The notes beneath the pieces were generated by a model. The model was not told where the DNA came from. It was given only the letters and a program-made list of their open reading frames with translations, and made no database searches. The translations under genes were made by a program, and so were the position numbers. Positions 8,558-15,447 of a stretch of 39,252 nucleotides of DNA are shown piece after piece. The number at the start of each line of letters is the position of its first letter. Position 1 is the stretch's first letter. Origin of the DNA: a virus; UHGV virus genome UHGV-0390443. One strand, given 5' to 3'.

Positions 8558-8957
8558 CGCCTTTTCTCCCCGGAATTAACTCGCGTGGATTATCGGAACG
8601 GTGATAGAGCCAGATGCCAATTCGAACTGCGACGATTGCTGACACGAATGCACCAGCAGAGAAAACAATCCCTTTCTCAAACGAGTCCTGCGTAATGGTA
8701 GGGATCAGGCTGGCTATGCCGATAAGAATTGATGCTGCTGGTTTGTAAAAGAGAAGGCCGCAAAGAAAGCTAAGCATCGACAGGAGCACCCGTCGGCGAA
8801 TCGGATATTCGACAGCAGAGGTAACAAAAATTACCGCACCAGACAAAGAACCCAAAGCAACCTCCGGAGGAACACCTGCTATCACCGCAGCAAGAGACCC
8901 CATACTAAGCCACTGATTTAATGTTTCACTGGTTAGTTGAGCAGACATGTTTTTCAC
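8547..8957 (-). CDS. Holin-like multi-pass membrane protein
   Basis: 136 aa, several hydrophobic helices; first gene of lysis cassette. Confidence 0.55.
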   Translation of the reverse strand: MKNMSAQLTSETLNQWLSMGSLAAVIAGVPPEVALGSLSGAVIFVTSAVEYPIRRRVLLSMLSFLCGLLFYKPAASILIGIASLIPTITQDSFEKGIVFSAGAFVSAIVAVRIGIWLYHRSDNPRELIPGRKGDGN

Positions 8958-9214
8958 CGTTTATGTACATTAAAACCATAAGAAAAGAGAATAACACATT
9001 AAACCATAAATGGTTTTTTGTTACCTTGCAACAATTTGTGAAATAAATGAAACACAAAACAATAATAAATAAACAGCAGGAGATATTTAAAAGATGGAAT
9101 TTAACATATATTAAATATAAGCATGTGATAAGCAGAACGCCTATTTATTCGCATGACAACACATTATATTGACAGATATTTATTGGTAAATACAGAGCAT
9201 GTATTTTAAGTAAA

Positions 9215-9235
9215 CCTGCGCTATAACAGCGCAGG
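9215..9235 (-). terminator. Hairpin just downstream of tailspike gene (possible terminator or attenuator)
   Basis: CCTGCGC-TATAACA-GCGCAGG; minus-strand downstream TTTACTT; within AT-rich 8958..9263 spacer. Confidence 0.4.
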
Positions 9236-9263
9236 TCAACAATTATAAAAAAAGAAATTTAAT

Positions 9264-11804
9264 TCATTTTTTTACATTGCCATTTTCAATGGCTAAAATT
9301 CTCTTTTCCATATTATCAATTCTCTCCCAGCATTGCTGAATTGATTTAACAATAGGCGGGATGAATTCATCGTAACCAAGTGAGTAAACATCATCCCCAC
9401 CATTTTTCAAGTGATGCTGTAGTCCACCGAACTCAACACCTAATTCTTCACACAGTTTCAATACGTCCTGTGCAATAAACCAGTGATGGTATCGTTGACG
9501 TTTTTTACTGCCGTCAGGAGTTTTCTGCACTACTTCAAGATATTTTTCTTCGACATTCTCAATAGCTGATATAGTAATTCCATCAACATCTCGTTCTACT
9601 TTTTTTGGTACAATTCTTGTTTTTTCAATAACATCAACATAATCATCACGCATATCCCAGCGACCATCGACAGGACGAAGCCCAAGGATAAATTCAATCC
9701 CCAGCAAGGTATCTCGGATATCTGTTTTATCACGCGCATCAGATCTGTTTTGCACAGTTCCATATACATATGTCGTTGTGGAAGAATTGCCAAGCTGCAC
9801 CTGGTTACTTCCAGACACCCTTGCATCATTGCCAACAGTTGTTGTGTTGGTAAGTGATGATGTGCTTTCCCCTGATTGAGTTAATCTACCTGAATTATGT
9901 CCAATAGCCGTGTTTAATGCGCCGGTTGTATTTGTGACAAGAGAGCCAGACCCGATTGCAACGTTACTGCTTCCCGATGTTGTTCCTTTTAATGCCTGCT
10001 GTCCAACCGCAACATTATTATCACCCGTTGCTGCTATAAGTGCCATGTGACCAATAGAAACGGTAAATGAACCTAGCGTTTGAGTTTCACCGCATGCCCC
10101 ATAACCAATTACAACAACATTATCTGTAATTGTTGACTCGGTTGCCGCTCCAGCACCAATAACAACGCTTTCATTCCCGGCAAGATTCTTGCGCATTGCG
10201 AACATTCCAATGCCAACATTATCATGCCCAGTCCCTGTTCCTGCAGCCTCCGCAGCACCAAGACAGTTTCCTGCTCTGTAGCCAACCATGGTGTTATTTG
10301 AACCAATAGAGAAGTCTCCGGCAAAAGAGCCTACGTATACACTATTAGACTGTGAGTAATCTCCAGGATTTCCATTCGCCCGATATCCTACTGCAACTGT
10401 ATAAATAGTATCTGGAGCCTCAGCCATGGCCTCAAAGCCAACCCCAACGTTATATCTACCGCCCTTAACTTTTTCTCCTGCACCAAGTCCGAAGAATGAG
10501 TTATAGCTCCCGGTTGTTAGCCACTCGCCAGCAACAGAACCTACAGCAGTGTTTCCTGTTCCAGTACATCGATACAAAGTCAGGAAGCCAACTCCGGTAT
10601 TATTATTTCCTGAAATATTACTCATCAATGATTTTGACCCAATGGCAGTATTGTTAACACCATCGGTCAGATCCTGTAACGCTCGCGGGCCAAATGCTGT
10701 ATTATCGTAACCCTTTGGCGCTGTTGTTGGATCTGGTAACTCAGGGGTTAGTTTTTCACCACCACCACCATTGGCACAAAGATTGTAAGATCGAATAAAT
10801 TCAGCCACTGGCCCAAGTTTTAAATAACCATTGGCAATATTAATTCTGACACTTACATTAACTGAGCTACCAGGAGCTTCTATTGTCCTGTCATCAACCC
10901 AGGTAAAACTCTGTGGTATCCCGTCATAAGTTAATGTCACATCTCCTTTATCATTATAATTATAGAACAATGTATAACGCTCATTTATAGATTCAGAACC
11001 TGATGATCCTCCTCTCCTCCACCACTCTGCATTATCAAAAATAAGTAATCCCGGACCATAATATTTAGCTTTCTGTCCCAAAATCATAGGGCTTGATAAT
11101 CTCCATACCCCCTCAGGAACATATATATTGCTACTTATTCTTTCAGCATTATTAAAAGCAGTATCACATAGCTCGTCACCACCTTCTTTAGCTCCAAAGT
11201 CCAGAACACTGACAGTATCCCGCATCTTATCCTGGAACGTTCGATATACTGCTCCAGAACCATACTGAATAAACCAACCAAAACCACCAACAACCCCGGC
11301 GATTGCAGCATCGACATAATTACGCATTGAGCGATTATTTACAGCGTCCTGCTCAAGTGATGGATCTGCAAGGTTAGAAATTCTGTTTTGCTTTGCATCG
11401 TAATATTTTGCAAGCAAAGATGGTTTCATCAATGCACGTCTGAACCATCCAAAACATTGCTGGATCAGCATCGTCAGATAGTCAAAGGCATCTTCATGCA
11501 CCTCGGGGAAAAATTTTCCCTGATTACGAAGATCAGTCTCCTGCACCACATCAAGCACACGATCTATCGTAATTCGCCATCCAGCAGCAAGCGGCGACGG
11601 AAGAACAACAGAACCGCCACTATAAGTGCCCGCCCCAGTTACCATATAACCGGTATCCAGAACCAATTCTGTTACGTTCCCGTTCAGGTCAGACACCTGA
11701 ACAACCAGGTCGGATTTTTTGAAAATACGGAAGGTGTACGGGAATGATGTCGTAATGCCGTTACCGGTGTATTCGTTGTGGTCAACTTCGGTTGAGACCG
11801 TCAT
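9264..11804 (-). CDS. Tailspike / tail fibre with Gly-rich beta-helical repeats and C-terminal peptidase S74-type intramolecular chaperone domain
   Basis: 846 aa; central repeated NTA-x-G motifs; C-terminus SDARDKTDIRDTLLGIEFILGLRPV...DEFIPPIVKSIQQC typical of auto-cleaving chaperone domains. Confidence 0.8.
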   Translation of the reverse strand: MTVSTEVDHNEYTGNGITTSFPYTFRIFKKSDLVVQVSDLNGNVTELVLDTGYMVTGAGTYSGGSVVLPSPLAAGWRITIDRVLDVVQETDLRNQGKFFPEVHEDAFDYLTMLIQQCFGWFRRALMKPSLLAKYYDAKQNRISNLADPSLEQDAVNNRSMRNYVDAAIAGVVGGFGWFIQYGSGAVYRTFQDKMRDTVSVLDFGAKEGGDELCDTAFNNAERISSNIYVPEGVWRLSSPMILGQKAKYYGPGLLIFDNAEWWRRGGSSGSESINERYTLFYNYNDKGDVTLTYDGIPQSFTWVDDRTIEAPGSSVNVSVRINIANGYLKLGPVAEFIRSYNLCANGGGGEKLTPELPDPTTAPKGYDNTAFGPRALQDLTDGVNNTAIGSKSLMSNISGNNNTGVGFLTLYRCTGTGNTAVGSVAGEWLTTGSYNSFFGLGAGEKVKGGRYNVGVGFEAMAEAPDTIYTVAVGYRANGNPGDYSQSNSVYVGSFAGDFSIGSNNTMVGYRAGNCLGAAEAAGTGTGHDNVGIGMFAMRKNLAGNESVVIGAGAATESTITDNVVVIGYGACGETQTLGSFTVSIGHMALIAATGDNNVAVGQQALKGTTSGSSNVAIGSGSLVTNTTGALNTAIGHNSGRLTQSGESTSSLTNTTTVGNDARVSGSNQVQLGNSSTTTYVYGTVQNRSDARDKTDIRDTLLGIEFILGLRPVDGRWDMRDDYVDVIEKTRIVPKKVERDVDGITISAIENVEEKYLEVVQKTPDGSKKRQRYHHWFIAQDVLKLCEELGVEFGGLQHHLKNGGDDVYSLGYDEFIPPIVKSIQQCWERIDNMEKRILAIENGNVKK

Positions 11805-11908
11805 GTTAAATCTCCAGATAGTCGCAGCACCCGTTGCGCCGCATATCTGGTTATTCTATTACCTGAAAAACCACATATGGATAGAAAGACTATAAATACC
11901 AATAGATA

Positions 11909-11923
11909 TTACCTTTCGGGTGA
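11909..11923. promoter_or_regulatory. Operator-like dyad TTACCTTTCGGGTGA (imperfect)
   Basis: Family consensus match; upstream of LexA box and small antirepressor-like gene. Confidence 0.4.
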
Positions 11924-11960
11924 TTTGCAAAACGTGCTGGATAGCAAACAAATTATTTGC

Positions 11961-11980
11961 TACTGTATAAATATACAGTT
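11961..11980. promoter_or_regulatory. LexA (SOS) box TACTGTATAAATATACAGTT
   Basis: CTGT-N8-ACAG with AT-rich spacer, near-perfect to E. coli consensus TACTGTATATATATACAGTA; 20 bp upstream of ATG 12001. Confidence 0.75.
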
Positions 11981-12000
11981 ATTGCATGGAGAAGATAAGA

Positions 12001-12257
12001 TGCAGCAGTATCACTATCCACTGGAAGACGGATTTACCGAAAGGATTCACACGCCGGGAGGCGTCAGATCACTGGTGGAGGGATCGCACTTGATGAAATT
12101 ACTCCGGGATCTCGATAAGGATGGATTTAATGTCGATGGCCCACTTGCCGAACTGACTGCACTGATTAACTACGTCACCAGCTCACAGATGTCTATGCAG
12201 GATCTGCAAACACATCTCGACTATTGTGCCGAACAATTACGAAAGCAAACCAGATAA
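12001..12257 (+). CDS. Small antirepressor-like protein (paralog of the C-terminal domain of the downstream Bro-N antirepressor), putatively SOS-induced
   Basis: 85 aa from ATG 12001 (RBS GGAGAAG); HTPGGVRSLVEGSHLMKLLRDLDKDGFNVDGPLAELTALINYV aligns with HSPSGVLGLTEHSLLMNLLNQLQEDGHDVSGAAAELTTMFCYI of 12571..13263; ORF-track start 11877 rejected because the LexA box lies inside it. Confidence 0.6.
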
Positions 12258-12289
12258 GGTTTGCAATTACCAAGTGGAGTGCTTATATT

Positions 12290-12304
12290 TACCTTTGCGG
12301 TAAA
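12290..12304. promoter_or_regulatory. Operator TTACCTTTGCGGTAA
   Basis: Perfect family dyad, extended palindrome ATTTACC...GGTAAAT. Confidence 0.55.
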
Positions 12305-12570
12305 TTTACATCGCACTCCTCTTGTGCCATAGTAATCAGGCACTGGCAAAATCCAGTGCCGGGATTGGTCTCCCGGATTACTACAGAGGCACATATGCCG
12401 CATAAGCGGTTTTTTTATGTGTAAAGCGCACCTATTCTATGGTGGGCTGTGTGGGGGCACCGAAAGGTGCGCCGGGTTCCTTTGTAGCCGGTAAGACCAA
12501 CTCTGCACAGTTCACCACCATCTGATTGGTCTCAGCGGTGGTGATTAACCTAACTACAAAGGTGATCGCC

Positions 12571-13263
12571 ATGAATACCAAACCTTCCATCTTTTCCTTT
12601 GAGTCATCCTGCCAGATCCGTATGTTCATGATTGACGGAGAACCTTGGTTTGTCACCAAAGATGTGTGCAATGCTTTGAATATTGATGTTACACAAGCGA
12701 GAAAACTTGATAAAAAAGGCTGGAACAAAAAGGGGCTGTATTCAATACAGACCCCTGGTGGAATACAAGAACTATCCATCGTTTCAGAATCAGGTCTCTA
12801 CATCCTTATTCTGCGTTGCAAAGAGGCAATGACAGAGGGAACGAGAGCATTCAGATTTCTTGAATGGGTTACAGGTGAGGTTCTTCCTCAGATCCGCCGC
12901 ACCGGAAGTTACATTAAAAACTCGCTCCCGCAGGAAGAACGCATAAAGATGGTTGCCGACCAGGTAGCCAACGCCACGGCGTCAGCAGTAATGCAGGCGA
13001 TGAAGATAGAGAACAAAACCTACAGTGCCCCACTGAAGCCCGGCTACCGTAGCCTGATTCATTCGCCGTCTGGTGTTCTCGGCCTGACGGAGCACTCACT
13101 GCTGATGAATCTGCTGAACCAGTTACAGGAAGACGGGCATGATGTATCAGGCGCGGCGGCGGAGCTGACCACCATGTTCTGCTACATCGTCGGTGTGAGC
13201 AAATGCCTGCGTGATATCCAGACGCACGCGGAGTACATCAACGACAAGGCTGGGTTCTTCTGA
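12571..13263 (+). CDS. Antirepressor with Bro-N N-terminal domain and Ant/KilA-C-like C-terminal domain
   Basis: ATG 12571 with RBS AAAGGTGA; Bro-N signature SIFSFESSCQIRMFMIDGEPWFVTKDVCNALNI. Confidence 0.75.
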   Translation: MNTKPSIFSFESSCQIRMFMIDGEPWFVTKDVCNALNIDVTQARKLDKKGWNKKGLYSIQTPGGIQELSIVSESGLYILILRCKEAMTEGTRAFRFLEWVTGEVLPQIRRTGSYIKNSLPQEERIKMVADQVANATASAVMQAMKIENKTYSAPLKPGYRSLIHSPSGVLGLTEHSLLMNLLNQLQEDGHDVSGAAAELTTMFCYIVGVSKCLRDIQTHAEYINDKAGFF

Positions 13264-13329
13264 CGGGCGGCGGCACAGGGATGTGCCTTTAAAATAATCA
13301 TTGGCGATGTGATGTAGATTCGCGTAATA

Positions 13330-13344
13330 TTACCTTAAAGGTAA
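13330..13344. promoter_or_regulatory. Operator TTACCTTAAAGGTAA overlapping a putative promoter (-10-like TAATAT 13325..13330)
   Basis: Perfect dyad 27 bp upstream of ATG 13371. Confidence 0.55.
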
Positions 13345-13370
13345 ACCATGTGTTTACATGAGGAGGAGAT

Positions 13371-13580
13371 ATGGGATTTTGGTTCGCTCGTACAAAAACG
13401 AGGGATAATGCACCCAGCCCTCAGGCAAAAAATGCAGAAGTTCCGGCGTCAGCGCAGGTTAACAAGCGTGGTGGAGTATATATCTCATCACAGCAAATTT
13501 CTGAGCTTCCTGAGGTTAAGGAGATGCGTCGTCTCGCTGCTGCAATTGTTAAACAGGATCTTGCCACTGTAAGGAAGTAG
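13371..13580 (+). CDS. Small soluble hypothetical protein (69 aa), first gene of a two-gene moron operon
   Basis: ORF with strong RBS GAGGAGGAG; stop overlaps start region of the membrane protein gene. Confidence 0.55.
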   Translation: MGFWFARTKTRDNAPSPQAKNAEVPASAQVNKRGGVYISSQQISELPEVKEMRRLAAAIVKQDLATVRK

Positions 13581-14446
13581 TGTTGCTAGCTCTTCTAATT
13601 ATCCCAATCCTGGTTAGCGGTTATATTATGATAACCGCTAACCAGTATCATTATTTCCGTTTATACCGACACGAAGGCCAGCTTCTTTATATGAAAGTAG
13701 CGGCACTAGGTACATATTGCCTTGTTGCATCAGTAATAATTGCAGCCGCTATAAAATATAAATGGCCTGATTTTCACCTAGTTCACGATATGGTGGAAAC
13801 TTTTAATGTAACATCAAAACCAGAAACAGATAGAATTTACATGTGGCTGCTTCTTCTCTCAGCCACATCCATTTGCTTCTCTTTGTGTTATGTGTCTGTT
13901 GTGTGGGTGAAAGATTTTCTTCTTGGTTGTTTTTATAAACGTGATATTTACGAGCAAAAAACAGAGGCAATGAAGGCCAGAGTACTGCGAAAAACTTACT
14001 CGCAAGGTTCTTTAGACTTACTATTGCTTGATGCTATTGAATCGGATCCTAAACGACCAATGCTGATTACTTTATCATCAAACAAAGTGTATGTTGGAAT
14101 AATAAATGGTTCTGGTGAACCAACGGAAAATCAGGGTCCGCATCAGCACATATCTTTTGTTCCTTTAATGTCAGGATACAGGAACAAAGAAAACTTATCT
14201 GTCACATTCACTAATGCTTATCCAGGAGAAATACAGGTCAAGCGGACTGCAGCAATAAGAGGAATTAGCAGAAAGAAAGTGCCAGGACTTGAGATCATGG
14301 TGTCTATTGACGAAATAAGTTATATATCATGGTTTGATTTTGAAGTATATAAAGCAACAAATAACAAAGTAGAATCCAGGGGGCACGTTATTCGTGTTAC
14401 CAAAAATGGAAGAAATATATATCAAAGAAATAGCAAAAAAGAATAG
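13580..14446 (+). CDS. Membrane protein with about 3 N-terminal TM helices and a ~170-aa C-terminal soluble domain; function unknown
   Basis: 288-aa ORF, low GC; hydrophobic segments LLALLIIPILVSGYIMITA, VAALGTYCLVASVIIAAAI, IYMWLLLLSATSICFSLCYVSVVWV; start (GTG 13580 or TTG 13583) uncertain. Confidence 0.55.
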   Translation: MLLALLIIPILVSGYIMITANQYHYFRLYRHEGQLLYMKVAALGTYCLVASVIIAAAIKYKWPDFHLVHDMVETFNVTSKPETDRIYMWLLLLSATSICFSLCYVSVVWVKDFLLGCFYKRDIYEQKTEAMKARVLRKTYSQGSLDLLLLDAIESDPKRPMLITLSSNKVYVGIINGSGEPTENQGPHQHISFVPLMSGYRNKENLSVTFTNAYPGEIQVKRTAAIRGISRKKVPGLEIMVSIDEISYISWFDFEVYKATNNKVESRGHVIRVTKNGRNIYQRNSKKE

Positions 14447-14447
14447 C

Positions 14448-14472
14448 CCGCGCCGCGGGCTTTTTTGTGTCT
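14448..14472 (+). terminator. Rho-independent terminator after membrane protein gene
   Basis: GCCCGCG-CC-GCGGGC followed by TTTTTTGT. Confidence 0.75.
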
Positions 14473-14512
14473 GCGGACTCCCGCCCGGGCGGCGGTGGCA
14501 TTCGTTAAAAAC

Positions 14513-14531
14513 AAGGCCGCGAAAGCGGCCT
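14513..14531 (-). terminator. Putative terminator for the convergent minus-strand gene
   Basis: AGGCCGC-GAAA-GCGGCCT; minus-strand downstream TGTTTTTAAC. Confidence 0.5.
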
Positions 14532-14543
14532 GTGACATGTCAC
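14532..14543. repeat. 12-bp perfect palindrome GTGACATGTCAC (copy 1 of 3; others at 31882..31893 with one mismatch and 34147..34158)
   Basis: Exact string seen three times, with shared 14-bp context CGTGACATGTCACA in two copies. Confidence 0.6.
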
Positions 14544-14544
14544 G

Positions 14545-14994
14545 CTACTTGCGAAATCTTTCTTTACCCTTCCAGCCAGTAGATGTTAGTTCAGGATGAA
14601 TGGTTCCCAATATAAAGCCAACCATAGCGGAGCGAGGATCTTCTATTTTATCCGTTAATTCTTCGGCATAACTCACAGGCAACCAAGCAACAAGATCACC
14701 AATCCTCAGCTTTGGTCCTTTGCTGTAAGATGAATCGGCAATAACAAAAAATCCACCATCAGCTGAGCACACCTTCAGCATTGCCCTTTGTCTTCCAGAA
14801 TCCAGCAAAACTGGCTGTTCCCCACTGGGACCAGGTATGATGATGGCTGGCATTGGTTTATTGGCTGAAAGGCTTGTGTCAAGATACTTACACGCATACT
14901 CAAAAGCTGAAAAGTTATCCTTAAAGATAAGAGGTTGAATTTTATTGCTAACCTCCTTACCACCGATTAATCTGTTGATCATCTTCTTGAACAT
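14545..14994 (-). CDS. Hypothetical cytoplasmic protein (about 149 aa)
   Basis: ORF track 14545..15003; ATG 14994 preferred (RBS AGGTGA, spacing 5). Confidence 0.5.
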   Translation of the reverse strand: MFKKMINRLIGGKEVSNKIQPLIFKDNFSAFEYACKYLDTSLSANKPMPAIIIPGPSGEQPVLLDSGRQRAMLKVCSADGGFFVIADSSYSKGPKLRIGDLVAWLPVSYAEELTDKIEDPRSAMVGFILGTIHPELTSTGWKGKERFRK

Positions 14995-15006
14995 AAAGGT
15001 CACCTA

Positions 15007-15447
15007 ATGATTAAGCCGATGCACGCTATTACAGCTACCGTTTTGTTTATCCTACCAATTTTTTCGTTTGCAAACGACATATGTTTTAAGAATTTAATAA
15101 ATGAGGATATGTGTGCACATGCAAACAAAATTGCATCAGAAGCAGGAAAGTCACTTCCCATAAAATTGAATGATAATATGTCTATTGTTTCAATAAATGC
15201 AATACTAAACAAACTTTTAGTTGTAGCGCATCTTAATTACAACAACAGCTATTTATCAAAAGTTTATAATGGTGATGTAACCTTAGAAAATAAATTAAAG
15301 AGTGTAATGCGAAATTATTCAAAATCGAGCATTTGCTCCAACAGGCAAATAAAAGCATTTATTCACCTTGGCGGAGAGATTGAGTATAGGTATGTATTTA
15401 GTGATGGCAATATATTTGATACATACGCCATCACTAATTGTGAATAG
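15007..15447 (+). CDS. Hypothetical secreted protein with N-terminal signal peptide (about 146 aa, 4 Cys in mature part)
   Basis: MIKPMHAITATVLFILPIFSFA then NDICF...; very AT-rich codon usage; abuts the internal virion protein gene. Confidence 0.5.
   Translation: MIKPMHAITATVLFILPIFSFANDICFKNLINEDMCAHANKIASEAGKSLPIKLNDNMSIVSINAILNKLLVVAHLNYNNSYLSKVYNGDVTLENKLKSVMRNYSKSSICSNRQIKAFIHLGGEIEYRYVFSDGNIFDTYAITNCE

Noticed and set aside
11877-12000. N-terminal extension of the 126-aa ORF upstream of the small antirepressor-like gene
   Set aside because: The LexA box and putative promoter lie inside it and there is no RBS at 11877; ATG 12001 with RBS GGAGAAG is the supported start.
12526-12570. 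TTG-initiated N-terminal extension of the antirepressor ORF
   Set aside because: ATG 12571 has a well-placed RBS (AAAGGTGA) and the Bro-N domain begins right after it.
14532-14543. Palindrome TGTGACATGTCACG considered as a CRP binding site
   Set aside because: CRP sites have a 6-bp spacer between TGTGA and TCACA; here the spacer is 4 bp.
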